A program made the position numbers and the translations under genes. This document shows positions 48,804 through 58,744 of a stretch of DNA of 64,000 bases, piece after piece (position 1 is the first letter of the stretch; the number at the start of each line of letters is the position of its first letter). Source of the DNA: Nitrospinota bacterium (GTDB lineage: Bacteria > Nitrospinota_A > UBA7883 > JACRLM01). The stretch lies in contig JACQXA010000002.1 of NCBI GenBank assembly GCA_016208975.1, forward strand, positions 74,848 to 138,847, read 5' to 3'. The notes beneath the pieces were generated by a model. The model saw only the letters and a list, made by a program, of their open reading frames with translations. It was not told where the DNA came from and searched no databases.

Positions 48804-50623
48804 TAGTCCAGCTCGAACTCCTTTTGCCAGTCGGTGTCCCCCTCAAGGGCGGGCTGTTGGGTCTTGTCCAGCACATAGTTGCCCAGCACCAGGTAATCCA
48901 TGTTGGTGCGCATGAAACACTTGTAGGCCTCGGCGGGCCTGCAAACGATGGGTTCGCCCCGCACGTTGAAGGAGGTGTTGATTATCACCGGGCAACCGGT
49001 GATCCGCTCGAATTTCTTTATCAGCTCGTAATATGCGCCGTTGCGCTCCCTGTCCACGGTCTGGAGCCGGGCAGAATAGTCCACGTGGGTTATGGCCGGT
49101 ATGTCCGACCGGGGGACGTTGAGCTTCTCTATGCCGAAAAGCTGTTCCTGCTCGGCGGTCATGGCCTTGCGGTGATCGTTCCGCACCGGGGCCACCATGA
49201 GCATGTAAGGGCTCTCGGCGTCATAATCGAAATAATCCGCCACCCGCTCCCGCAATACCGACGGGGCGAAGGGGCGGAACGATTCGCGGAATTTTATCTT
49301 CAGGTTCATCACCGACTGCATCTCCGGGGAGCGCGCGTCGCCGATGATGCTCCGGGCCCCCAGGGCGCGCGGGCCGAACTCCATGGGCCCGTAGAACCAG
49401 CCTATGACCTTTTCCGAGGCGACAAGTTTGGCCACGGCCGTGGTCAATTCGTCCTCGCTGGAATATTTTGTGAACGGGGCGCCGCTTTCCTCCAAGTATT
49501 TTCCGATTTCCTCGTCGGAATAATGGGGGCCAAGGTAAGAGCCCCTCTGAACGTCCCGTTTGCCGTCGGCCTTCCTGGGTTGGCCTTCCACCTTGTGCCA
49601 GGCGAACAGCGCCGCTCCCAAGGCCCCTCCGGCGTCTCCGGCGGCGGGCTGTACCCATATCTCGTCAAAAACCTTCTCGGCCAGCAGTTTCCCGTTGGCC
49701 ACGCAGTTCAAAGCCACACCCCCGGCCAGGCAAAGCCTGGAAAGGCCGGTCACCTTCCGGGCATGGCGGCCCATGCGCAACATGGCCTCCTCGGTCACCA
49801 CTTGCACCGACCGGGCCAGGTCCATCTCTTTCTGGGAAAGCCGGGTCTCCGGTTTTCTGGGCGGGCCGCCGAACAGGGCGTGGAATTTTTCCGATGTCAT
49901 GGTAAGCCCGGCGCCGTAGTTGAAATAGCCCATGTCCAGCTTGAAGGAGCCGTCTTCCTTGAGGTCTATTAAATGCTTGTAGATGAGATCCACATATTTC
50001 GGCTCTCCATAAGGGGCCAGGCCCATCACCTTGTACTCGCCGGAATTCACCTTGAACCCGGTGTAGTAGGTGAACGCCGAATATAAAAGCCCCAGCGAAT
50101 GGGGGAAATGCATTTCGTAGAGCAACTCCAGGCCGTTACCCCTGCCCACGCCCAGCGAGGTGGTGGCCCACTCCCCCACCCCGTCCACGGTCAAAATGGC
50201 CGCCTCTTCAAAGGGCGACGGGTAGAAGGCCGAGCCCGCGTGGGACTCGTGATGCTCCGGGAATATTATCTTCCCCTCGTATCCCAGCTTTTCGCGGAGG
50301 TGGTCCCGCATCCACAGCTTTTCCTTCAGCCACAGGGGGATGGCCTTGAAGAACGTGGTGATCCCCTGCGGAGCGTAAGCCAGGTAGGTCTCAAGGATGC
50401 GCTCGAACTTTATCCAGGGTTTGTCATAGAAAGCCACGGCCCCGAGGTCGGCCACGGTGATGCCCGCCTTCTCCAGACAGAACCGCACCGCGTGCTCCGG
50501 ATAGTCGGCGTCGTGCTTTTTCCGCGTGAAACGTTCCTCCTGGGCGGCGGCCACTATCTGGCCGTCTTTCAACAGCGCCGCGGCGGAGTCGTGATAGAAC
50601 GCGGATATCCCCAGTATGTAAAT
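48803..50623 (-). CDS. O-carbamoyltransferase (NodU/CmcH/TobZ/SxtI family), apparent ATT start
   Basis: YILGISAFYHDSAAAL, EERFTRKKH, EHHESHA, DGVGE, GGVALNC, EFGPRALG, NTSFN; RBS GGAG, then an in-frame TAA, then ATT at 50623. Confidence 0.9.
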   Translation of the reverse strand: MYILGISAFYHDSAAALLKDGQIVAAAQEERFTRKKHDADYPEHAVRFCLEKAGITVADLGAVAFYDKPWIKFERILETYLAYAPQGITTFFKAIPLWLKEKLWMRDHLREKLGYEGKIIFPEHHESHAGSAFYPSPFEEAAILTVDGVGEWATTSLGVGRGNGLELLYEMHFPHSLGLLYSAFTYYTGFKVNSGEYKVMGLAPYGEPKYVDLIYKHLIDLKEDGSFKLDMGYFNYGAGLTMTSEKFHALFGGPPRKPETRLSQKEMDLARSVQVVTEEAMLRMGRHARKVTGLSRLCLAGGVALNCVANGKLLAEKVFDEIWVQPAAGDAGGALGAALFAWHKVEGQPRKADGKRDVQRGSYLGPHYSDEEIGKYLEESGAPFTKYSSEDELTTAVAKLVASEKVIGWFYGPMEFGPRALGARSIIGDARSPEMQSVMNLKIKFRESFRPFAPSVLRERVADYFDYDAESPYMLMVAPVRNDHRKAMTAEQEQLFGIEKLNVPRSDIPAITHVDYSARLQTVDRERNGAYYELIKKFERITGCPVIINTSFNVRGEPIVCRPAEAYKCFMRTNMDYLVLGNYVLDKTQQPALEGDTDWQKEFELD

Positions 50624-50662
50624 GGCTTATTCTCCCAATTAAAAGGAACCGCCCGGTGGCTT

Positions 50663-50821
50663 CTAGAACAACGTGTATATGAAAGGCGCCAAAGCGGAAC
50701 CTTCCGTGAACACGATGAGCGCCCCGAGGGCCAGCAGAATAAGAATTATGGGCCCCAGCCAGAATTTTTTCCTGACTTTAAGGAAATCCCAGAACTCTCC
50801 CAACACTGAAGACTTGGACAT
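50663..50821 (-). CDS. DUF5989/SxtK-family small membrane protein
   Basis: EFWDFLKVRKKFWLGP...SALAPFIYTLF. Confidence 0.88.
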   Translation of the reverse strand: MSKSSVLGEFWDFLKVRKKFWLGPIILILLALGALIVFTEGSALAPFIYTLF

Positions 50822-50931
50822 GTAATCACCGCTATTTGATATAGTTCGCTCCCGCGCCCGCCACTGCGGACACAAGTTGAGGTGGGATTTTACCCCATCA
50901 ACCACCCTCAATTCAAATTTTTCTGCCCATG

Positions 50932-51082
50932 GGTAGTGTCCCAGTTTGAATCTCAAATAATTGACAGATCCTTCATTCCGCTTGCGCTTCGCTCAGGATG
51001 ACAATGTTATCAACGGCTTTTATCTTGTCATTCTGAGCGTAAGTGAAGAATCTCCCCTGCGCTTTCAAACTGGGACACCACC
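50932..51082 (-). mobile_element. 151-bp MITE, copy 5 (inverted)
   Basis: Perfect 8-bp target duplication TGCCCATG on both sides. Confidence 0.92.
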
Positions 51083-51182
51083 TGCCCATGCCGGGGGCAA
51101 ACAGCCAGCGCCGGGAATGGTAAAATGGTTTAATGGTTTTAAAATACACACATAATGCGGCCTCAGCCCAGGCGTTAAAAAA

Positions 51183-51716
51183 ATGAGCCTGGCTGGCTGG
51201 TTAAAGCGCCTTTTCCTGAAAGATGGGGGCCCTCCATTAAGCGGGCGGAGCCTGCTTGCCATTGGGGGTATAGTGGCGTTGCTCCTGTCCATATCCCCCG
51301 AAATCGTAAAACAGCATCAGGCGGTGACAGGAGTCCGTCACCTGGAGGAAACCCCCGGTTCCGTTCCCTGGACGACACTTGAGAAGGTGGATATTAACTA
51401 CATCACGGACAAGAACAGGTTATTCAGCGTGGAGGCCCAGCCGGAGGTATTAACCCTTAATGGGAAGAGCGCCCGCGTCACGGGTTTCATAACTCCGCTG
51501 GAGCCGGGAACGCAACTGCGCAAATTCATCCTGGCGCGAACGCCGCCCACCTGTTTCTTTTGTGTCCCGGGAACCCCGGCCAACATGGTTTACGTGGAGA
51601 CGGCCAATCCCGTGGCCTATAAACAGGAGCCGGTGACCGTGGAAGGGATTTTCAGTTTCGACAGCGACATGACAGACGGGATTTTATACCGGCTCCGGGC
51701 AACATCGGCGGAATAA
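51183..51716 (+). CDS. DUF3299-family protein
   Basis: LNGKSARVTGFITPL...FILARTPPTCFFCVP...MVYV. Confidence 0.78.
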   Translation: MSLAGWLKRLFLKDGGPPLSGRSLLAIGGIVALLLSISPEIVKQHQAVTGVRHLEETPGSVPWTTLEKVDINYITDKNRLFSVEAQPEVLTLNGKSARVTGFITPLEPGTQLRKFILARTPPTCFFCVPGTPANMVYVETANPVAYKQEPVTVEGIFSFDSDMTDGILYRLRATSAE

Positions 51717-51737
51717 CCAATAGCCATTCAGGGCGGA

Positions 51738-53660
51738 TTATCTCCTGACGGCCTTTAGCTCCACCATGTTGCCCGCAAGGCTCTGGGCCGGGCTTTTGAG
51801 GCGTTTCAATATCTGGTGGTACACCCCTTCGCCGTCCTCCAGGCAGTTGTCCACCGCCCAACGGGCCAGCTCCTCGACGCCGTCCAACGCCTCGTCCCCG
51901 CCAACCACGGTCCTTATTTTCGGGTGGGCGGTGGCGCCCAGCGTCTCCCCATCCCCGTTTAGGAACTCCTGGAGCTTCTCGCCGGGGCGCAGGCCGGTGT
52001 ACTTGATTTCTATGTCCCGCCCGGGCTCGAATCCGGCCAGCCTTATCATTTTCTTCGCCAGGTCGGCTATCTTCACCGGTTCGCCCATGTCCAGCAGGAA
52101 AAGCCCCCCCTGGCCGCCCATGGCGCCAGTCTGCAATATCAACAGCACCGCCTCGGGGATAGTCATAAAATAACGCTCCACGTCCGGGTGGGTTACGGTA
52201 ACCGGCCCCATGTCCTCTATCTGCTTCAGGAACAGCGGCACCACCGACCCGTTGCTTCCAAGGACGTTTCCGAACCGCACGGCCATGTAAATGGTCTTGG
52301 CGTTCCTCGACCGGCTTTTTATGTAAAGCTCGCACATCCTTTTGGTGGCGCCCATGGCGTTGGAAGGGTCCACCGCCTTGTCCGTGGAGATGAGCACGAA
52401 CCGCTCCACCCCGTATTTCTCCGCCAGGGCCGAAAGCGCCACGATGCCGCCCACGTTGTTCCGCACGGCCTCGCCCTTGTTCATTTCCATAAGGGGCACA
52501 TGCTTGTGCGCGGCGGCGTGGAACACGAACTGGGGCCGCTCCTCGGCGAAAACCATGTCCATCCTGGCGCTGTCCGCCACGTCGGCGCAATGGTAGCTTA
52601 TGGGCATCGAGCCGGTGAAACCGTTCATGTTCACGCCGAGGTGGTACAGGTAATTCTCGCAAACGTCCACCAGCGCCAGTTTGGACGGGCCGAACTCTGC
52701 TATCTGCCGGGCCAGCTGGGCGCCTATGGAGCCCCCGGCCCCGGTTATAAGCACCCGTTTGCCTTTCAAAAGCCCCTCCACCCGTGAAAAATCTATGCTC
52801 ACAGGCTCCCGGTTGAGCAGGTCCTCGATCTGTATGTTGCGCAGATGCGACACGTCAATCTTGCCATGCTCCCCGTCCAGATAGGCGGGGATAACGCGCA
52901 TGGTCACGTTATGCGCCCTGCAGGCGGTGTTCATCTCCTCCAGCTTCTCGCCGGACAGCTGGGAGGCCACCAATAGCTCCCGCACGCCGAGCCGGGTCAC
53001 AATGTCCTCGAAATTATCCATGGAGCCGAGTACCGTGTAACCGTGGATGGACGAGCCGGAGAATTGCTGGTTGTCGTCTATTATCCCCACAAGGTCGTAC
53101 CGGCCGGCCCATTCGCCGCCGGTCATACCGCGCAATAATAGCTCGCCCCGTTCGTTGGCGCCGTATATGACAGCGGGCATCCCCCCTTCACGTTTACCGG
53201 CGCGGGACGGGCGCAAGGCGTTAAGCAGTGTTTTCATCCCCAGCCCGCGGCTGTAGTAAAGCCGGATGGACACCCGGAACAGGCCCACCAGCGCCAGGGT
53301 GTTTATGGAATCTATTATGAAAACCGAGCGGGATACCATGCCGGCCGCCGAGGAGTAGTACCAGAAGAACAGCCCCACCATGATAGTGGCGAAGCTTACC
53401 GCCACCGCCTTGACAAGGTTTATAAGGTCCACAAGGCTTGTGTACCTCCACATGCCCGACTCCAGCCCGTAAAAGGCGAAAACCACCAGTTTGAGCGCAA
53501 TGACGGCCGGAGCGGTCCTCCAGAAGAAATCGTTAACCTCCCCGGCGCCGGTCTCGAACCGGAGCCAGTAGGCCAGCCAGTACGCGACGAATATCAACGC
53601 CGCGTCGGTGGCCAGCACTATGTAAGTGTGCGGGTTCCTTATGGCTATTCGGGCCTTCAT
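51738..53660 (-). CDS. UDP-N-acetylhexosamine 4,6-dehydratase (PglF/WbpM/CapD-like)
   Basis: Four N-terminal TM; TGAGGSIG; HAAAHKHVP; ISTDKAV; VRFGNVLGSNGSV. Confidence 0.92.
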   Translation of the reverse strand: MKARIAIRNPHTYIVLATDAALIFVAYWLAYWLRFETGAGEVNDFFWRTAPAVIALKLVVFAFYGLESGMWRYTSLVDLINLVKAVAVSFATIMVGLFFWYYSSAAGMVSRSVFIIDSINTLALVGLFRVSIRLYYSRGLGMKTLLNALRPSRAGKREGGMPAVIYGANERGELLLRGMTGGEWAGRYDLVGIIDDNQQFSGSSIHGYTVLGSMDNFEDIVTRLGVRELLVASQLSGEKLEEMNTACRAHNVTMRVIPAYLDGEHGKIDVSHLRNIQIEDLLNREPVSIDFSRVEGLLKGKRVLITGAGGSIGAQLARQIAEFGPSKLALVDVCENYLYHLGVNMNGFTGSMPISYHCADVADSARMDMVFAEERPQFVFHAAAHKHVPLMEMNKGEAVRNNVGGIVALSALAEKYGVERFVLISTDKAVDPSNAMGATKRMCELYIKSRSRNAKTIYMAVRFGNVLGSNGSVVPLFLKQIEDMGPVTVTHPDVERYFMTIPEAVLLILQTGAMGGQGGLFLLDMGEPVKIADLAKKMIRLAGFEPGRDIEIKYTGLRPGEKLQEFLNGDGETLGATAHPKIRTVVGGDEALDGVEELARWAVDNCLEDGEGVYHQILKRLKSPAQSLAGNMVELKAVRR

Positions 53661-53870
53661 TATTTCCTTTATCGGCCGCCGGGGGCCCCTTCTTTATGGG
53701 CCCGCCGCCGCCTGCGTTAAATAGTGGTTGTCACACGCTTGAGGTTGAAATTGTAACATCTTTGCCGTTCCCCCGTAAAATGCCCCCCGCCGGGCGGCCC
53801 GGCGAATATATAATGCTCTGGCGTGGCGCGGGCCACGGAGCGTTTCAAATCAAACTGGTAACCGGGAAAA

Positions 53871-54863
53871 ATGACCGTTAAGGGAACCGTTCTTGTCACC
53901 GGCGGGGCCGGATATATAGGGAGCCATTGCGCCCTTTATCTGCGGGAAAACGGATGGGAGACTGTAATCCTCGACAACCTTTCCACCGGACACAAGGAAT
54001 CGGCGCTGGGGCAAAGGCTTGTGGTGGGCGACGTGGGGGACGGAGCCCTGCTGGACAGCGTATTCAAGACGCGCTCCATATCGGCGGTGATGCATTTTGC
54101 GGCCAGCGCTTACGTGGGTGAGTCTGTCACGGACCCGGCCAAGTATTACCGCAACAACGTGGTCAACGGCCTGGCCCTGCTGGACGCCATGAGGCGCAAC
54201 GGCGTTTCAAACCTTGTGTTTTCCTCCACCTGCGCCGTGTATGGAAATCCGGAGCGGACGCCTTTGACGGAAACCCACCCCAAGGCCCCCATAAGCCCAT
54301 ACGGTTTCTCCAAGCTGGCGTTTGAACGGATGGCGGAGGATTTTTCCAGCGCATACGGCCTTAAACCGGTGTTCCTGCGCTATTTCAACGCCGCCGGGGC
54401 CGACCCGGAAGGAAGGCTTGGTGAAAACCACGACCCGGAAACCCATCTTATCCCGCTGGCCATCCAGGCCGCCCTGGGCCGGCGCGGGCCGGTAACCGTG
54501 TTCGGCGCGGACTATCCAACCCCCGACGGAACCTGCGTCAGGGATTATGTGCATGTTATGGACCTGGCAGACGCGCATCTAAAAGCCATGGAGCATTTGT
54601 TAAACGGCGGCGCGCCCTCCGCGTTCAACCTTGGCTCGGGAACCGGCTATTCCGTGCGGGAGGTGGTAGCCATGGTGGAGAAAGTTGGCGGGAAATCCGT
54701 GCCGGTCATTGAGGGGCCCAGACGGGCGGGAGACCCTCCGGCGCTGGTGGCCTCATCGGCCAGGGCGCTGGAAACGCTAGGCTGGAAACCGCGATACGCG
54801 GAGCTTGAAGCCATAGTTAAAACAGCGTACGAGTGGCATAAGAAACAGGTTGGAAGTTTTTAA
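53871..54863 (+). CDS. galE: UDP-glucose 4-epimerase
   Basis: TGGAGYIGSH, YYRNN, YGFSK, LRYFNAAGA, DGTCVRDYVHV. Confidence 0.94.
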   Translation: MTVKGTVLVTGGAGYIGSHCALYLRENGWETVILDNLSTGHKESALGQRLVVGDVGDGALLDSVFKTRSISAVMHFAASAYVGESVTDPAKYYRNNVVNGLALLDAMRRNGVSNLVFSSTCAVYGNPERTPLTETHPKAPISPYGFSKLAFERMAEDFSSAYGLKPVFLRYFNAAGADPEGRLGENHDPETHLIPLAIQAALGRRGPVTVFGADYPTPDGTCVRDYVHVMDLADAHLKAMEHLLNGGAPSAFNLGSGTGYSVREVVAMVEKVGGKSVPVIEGPRRAGDPPALVASSARALETLGWKPRYAELEAIVKTAYEWHKKQVGSF

Positions 54864-54893
54864 AGCGGTGAAACCTTCGTCTGCGGTGGTAGT

Positions 54894-55988
54894 TTACCCA
54901 TTGCAGGCCCATTCAAATGTTTTCTTCAGATAATTCAAGTTTGATCTATAGGGGATTAATCCATCATGTTGTAACCTTCCCACCACTATCCCTGGAGCTA
55001 TACCCATTCCGGATGAAAACTCCATTATTCCTTTTCTGGTAAAAAGCCCTTTTCTTTTGAATGGTTCATAATACGCTTTGGGGATTAACAAATTAGAAGC
55101 GAAAAGATTGGCCTCTTTTTCTTCTTTTTCCAAAGATCCCCCGATATTTTTCTCAACAAATATTTCCTTTCTTCCATGTAGCAATATATGCCCAGCCTCA
55201 TGAAAGAAAGAAAACCAGAATTGATCATCCGTTTTATAACGCAAAGTAAGCTGGATAACCGGTTTCCCGGCAAACCAATGCGTCGCGCCGTGAACCCTGG
55301 TGTTCTTTAATTCCTGAACCAGAGCCAGCACCACGCCATTGTTAGCGCAATATTCCTTTAAAGCGGGCTCGAACTTCCAGGCCTTTTCTTTAGTTAAACC
55401 CCTTATTTCACGAAGAACCCCCTTAAAAGAACCCCCATCGAAGTCTGGAACGTTTGTTGTTTGCGCCTCCAACTGGCCTTTACGAAGCCATGCCGCAAGC
55501 GCCCATCTATCACTTTTAAACGCTTGTGAGTGGCGAAAAGCTATTTCCGGCCTGTTCCATATTTCAACGCATTCCTTGGGCGAGGCCACACCAAAAAAAT
55601 CCATGATTTCCTGGAGCTTCTCAACAGGATTACGATAATCCGCAATCCATCCGCGTTGCGCTAATTCGCGGTATGGGACATCATTCAAAAAACCGGTTTC
55701 CTTTCCCAGCGCGGAACGCTCGTTGTTTTTGGCGATGGCGTCCTGGTAATTCCGCTCCAGATTTGTCCAAAACCCGCAAGGTATCCCAAGAACCCGCTCA
55801 AGCTGAATGGAGGTTTCCGGCGTTATGGCCGTAGTCCCCATTATTATGCCGTTAATCGTCTTTTTTGGCCGCCCCATGCGCTGGGCCAGTTCCGCCTGTG
55901 ACATACCAATGGCCTCAAGGGTCTCACCCAGCGTCTCGCCTGGCGGTACGGCGTAATCAGGCTCATAATTCGGGGATGTCTCAACCAT
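54894..55988 (-). CDS. HigA-type HTH fused to an ImmA/IrrE-family Zn metallopeptidase
   Basis: AVPPGETL...SQAELAQRMG HTH; FWFSFFHEAGH (HExxH); E..ANLFA. Confidence 0.88.
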   Translation of the reverse strand: MVETSPNYEPDYAVPPGETLGETLEAIGMSQAELAQRMGRPKKTINGIIMGTTAITPETSIQLERVLGIPCGFWTNLERNYQDAIAKNNERSALGKETGFLNDVPYRELAQRGWIADYRNPVEKLQEIMDFFGVASPKECVEIWNRPEIAFRHSQAFKSDRWALAAWLRKGQLEAQTTNVPDFDGGSFKGVLREIRGLTKEKAWKFEPALKEYCANNGVVLALVQELKNTRVHGATHWFAGKPVIQLTLRYKTDDQFWFSFFHEAGHILLHGRKEIFVEKNIGGSLEKEEKEANLFASNLLIPKAYYEPFKRKGLFTRKGIMEFSSGMGIAPGIVVGRLQHDGLIPYRSNLNYLKKTFEWACNG

Positions 55989-56319
55989 GGTAATCCACTA
56001 TATCCAAAATGCTGATTTTCGTTATTTTCCTATAATCCGGTGAAACGTCAGGCAATGTGGGCGCTGGATTATGCGCGGACTCAAAAACCAGACGAAATGG
56101 ATGATTAAGGTCAACGGCAAATTTACCTTCCATTTCACCCTTCAAAGAATGCAATCTTGCCGCCGGTAACAACCTCATTTCAGCCAGATTTTCCGCCGCC
56201 TGTAATTGAACAAGCCGCAATTTCAGTTTTTTAGCGCGCGTATCTCCAAGTGATCTGATTGACTCCCGCTCGGAAGAACATATCTTCCTCATCTTCCGGC
56301 TATTAAAGTGTATATCCAC
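55981..56319 (-). CDS. HigB-like (RelE-family) toxin/killer-suppression protein
   Basis: RLHSLKGEMEGKFAVDLNHPFRLVF...ILDIVDYHG; overlaps the antitoxin start. Confidence 0.82.
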   Translation of the reverse strand: MDIHFNSRKMRKICSSERESIRSLGDTRAKKLKLRLVQLQAAENLAEMRLLPAARLHSLKGEMEGKFAVDLNHPFRLVFESAHNPAPTLPDVSPDYRKITKISILDIVDYHG

Positions 56320-56405
56320 CGCGGTTACATATCAAGATAAATCATATACGGATACCGTTAACGTTTTTTTTAATTACATTCCGGGCCAGGCGGGGCCTAT
56401 TCCAG

Positions 56406-57287
56406 CTATCGCGCCTCCTCCATGCACAGCCCCAGCGACTGTTCCCATTGGGGCATGCAAAGCCCGAAGGTTTTTTCCACCTTCTCCACCGACAGCGCCG
56501 AATGGGCGGGCCGCCGGGCGGGTAAGGGGTATTCAGCGGTCTTGATGGGAATAACGTCCACAGGCGCATCCAGTTTCATCCGTTTGATAATGGCCCGGGC
56601 CTGTTGAAAGCGGGTTACGTTCCCCTTGCACGCCACGTTGTAAACGCCCTCAAAACCCTCGAACGAAACCCCCTTGGGGCCGGATAGTTTTGAAATTATC
56701 TGCGCCGTGGCCTCGGCCACAACCCGCGCCCACGTGGGGGAGCCGGTCTGGTCCGCCACCATCCTGATTTCGCCACCCTGCCTTGCACGGTTCATTACCG
56801 ACGCAAGAAAATTTGGGCGCGCCATGGCCGAATACACCCACGCCGTCCTTAATATCAGGTATGGCGCCCCGGAGGCCATCACCCCCATGTCCCCTTCCAG
56901 CTTGGTGTGCCCATACACATTAAGCGGAGCGGTGGCGGCCTCTTCGGTGTACGGGATTTCTAAGGTTTCGCCGTCGAACACGTAATCGGTGGAGTAATGG
57001 ATTATCGCCGAGCCGGCCTTCCTCGCCTCCTGCGCCATGAGGGTCGGGGCGATGGCGTTTATCATCCGCGCCTTTTCAGGCTCGGCCTCCGCGCGGTCCA
57101 CGGCGGTGTAGGCGGCGGCGTTCACTATGATGTCGGGTTTCATCGAGCCGATAGCGGCGGCGATGGCGCCGGGATCCACCAGGTCCAGGTCATACCTGTC
57201 TGGCGCGGCCACTTCACCCAGCGTTGACAGTGTCCGCTGAAGCTCCCAGCCTGTCTGGCCGTTCTTGCCCGTAAGAAGGATCTTCAT
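56406..57287 (-). CDS. rfbD: dTDP-4-dehydrorhamnose reductase
   Basis: TGKNGQTG, AAYTAVD, YSTDYVFDG, YGHTK, ARRPAHS. Confidence 0.94.
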   Translation of the reverse strand: MKILLTGKNGQTGWELQRTLSTLGEVAAPDRYDLDLVDPGAIAAAIGSMKPDIIVNAAAYTAVDRAEAEPEKARMINAIAPTLMAQEARKAGSAIIHYSTDYVFDGETLEIPYTEEAATAPLNVYGHTKLEGDMGVMASGAPYLILRTAWVYSAMARPNFLASVMNRARQGGEIRMVADQTGSPTWARVVAEATAQIISKLSGPKGVSFEGFEGVYNVACKGNVTRFQQARAIIKRMKLDAPVDVIPIKTAEYPLPARRPAHSALSVEKVEKTFGLCMPQWEQSLGLCMEEAR

Positions 57288-57314
57288 GAACCGCCCTTCC
57301 CGCAATGCCTGGTG

Positions 57315-57863
57315 TTATTCAGGCAGATGGCTTTTGTCCAACTGCGCCAGCCTGGGCGCCTTGGCGTCTTTCTCCGACACCACGGGGTTTTGCGACGGCC
57401 ATTGAACGCCTATGTCTCCATCGTTCCAGAAAATGGAATGCTCGGCCCGGGAGCTGTAATAGTCGTCGCATTTGTAGGCCACCAGCGCCCGCTTGCTTAA
57501 CACATAATATCCGTGGGCGAAACCGGGGGGTATATAAACCTGCCGCCGGTTTTCCGCCGATAAAATCACGGACGCCCATTTGCCGAAGGTGGGCGAGCCT
57601 TTCCGTATGTCCACCGCCACGTCGAACACTTCGCCGTAAAGGGCGTAAACCAGCTTTGCCTGGGGGTTGGGGAATTGATAGTGGAGCCCGCGCAGGACGC
57701 CCCGTTTGGAGAAGGCCACGTTGTCCTGCACGAAATGGCCGATGGCCCCGGCGGCGGTGTATCTTTGCTCCTGCCAGGTTTCCATGAAGAATCCCCGGCT
57801 GTCGCCAAAAACGTCCGGCTCGAAAATTTTTATCCCGTCCAGCCCCGCCTCAAGAATCTTCAC
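57315..57863 (-). CDS. rfbC: dTDP-4-dehydrorhamnose 3,5-epimerase
   Basis: [27 protein letters not shown]. Confidence 0.95.
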   Translation of the reverse strand: MKILEAGLDGIKIFEPDVFGDSRGFFMETWQEQRYTAAGAIGHFVQDNVAFSKRGVLRGLHYQFPNPQAKLVYALYGEVFDVAVDIRKGSPTFGKWASVILSAENRRQVYIPPGFAHGYYVLSKRALVAYKCDDYYSSRAEHSIFWNDGDIGVQWPSQNPVVSEKDAKAPRLAQLDKSHLPE

Positions 57864-58743
57864 CGGGCCACCTTTGCTGTAACAACCCCAGAAGATACCT
57901 GCCGTACCCGTTGTTGTTCATGGATTCGCCTATGGCCGTAAGATCATCGGCGCTGATGAGGCCCCGGTTGAAGGCTATCTCCTCGGGACAGCATATTTTA
58001 AGCCCCTGCCGTTTCTCTATGGTGTCCACGAAATTGGCCGCGTCCAGTAAAGCGTCGTGGGTGCCCGTGTCAAACCACGCCTGGCCCCGGCCCATCTTCT
58101 CCACAGTAAGCTCGCCGCGCTCAAGGTAAACGCGGTTTAAATCCGTTATCTCCAGCTCCCCCCGGGCCGACGGTTTCAACCCCTCGGCGGTTTCCACCAC
58201 GCCGTTGTCGTAAAAATACAGCCCCGTCACCACGAAGTTCGATTTGGGCTTGGCCGGTTTTTCCTCTATGCCCACGGCGCGGCCTTTGGCGTCGAACTCT
58301 ATGACCCCATACCGCTGGGGCTCGTTCACCCAATAGCCGAACACCGTGGAGCCCCGCTCCCGCGATGCGGCCCGTTTCATCATGTCCGCCAGCCCGTCAC
58401 CGTAGAAAATGTTGTCACCCAATATCAGGCAACACCCTTCCCCCGCCAGGAAATCTTTTCCTATAAGGAACGCCTGGGCTATTCCCTCCGGTTTTTCCTG
58501 GGTGGCGTAGCTTATGCGGATACCCCATTGGGAGCCGTCTTTCAGCTGGCGCTCGAACTGCGGCCGGTCCCCCGGCGTGGTGATTATGAGGATGTCGTTT
58601 ATGCCGCCCAGCATCAGCACGCTGAGCGGATAGTAAATAAGCGGCTTGTCGTAAACCGGCATGAGCTGTTTGCTCACGCTTATGGTGAGGGGGAAAAGCC
58701 TTGTGCCCGTGCCCCCTGCCAGGATAATGCCTTTTGTGATCAT
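57850..58743 (-). CDS. rfbA: Glucose-1-phosphate thymidylyltransferase
   Basis: [41 protein letters not shown]. Confidence 0.96.
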   Translation of the reverse strand: MITKGIILAGGTGTRLFPLTISVSKQLMPVYDKPLIYYPLSVLMLGGINDILIITTPGDRPQFERQLKDGSQWGIRISYATQEKPEGIAQAFLIGKDFLAGEGCCLILGDNIFYGDGLADMMKRAASRERGSTVFGYWVNEPQRYGVIEFDAKGRAVGIEEKPAKPKSNFVVTGLYFYDNGVVETAEGLKPSARGELEITDLNRVYLERGELTVEKMGRGQAWFDTGTHDALLDAANFVDTIEKRQGLKICCPEEIAFNRGLISADDLTAIGESMNNNGYGRYLLGLLQQRWPGEDS

Positions 58744-58744
58744 T

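Noticed and set aside
48408-50821. Saxitoxin biosynthesis
   Set aside because: Only sxtIJK-like genes are present; no sxtA, sxtG or other core genes, and the context is glycan synthesis
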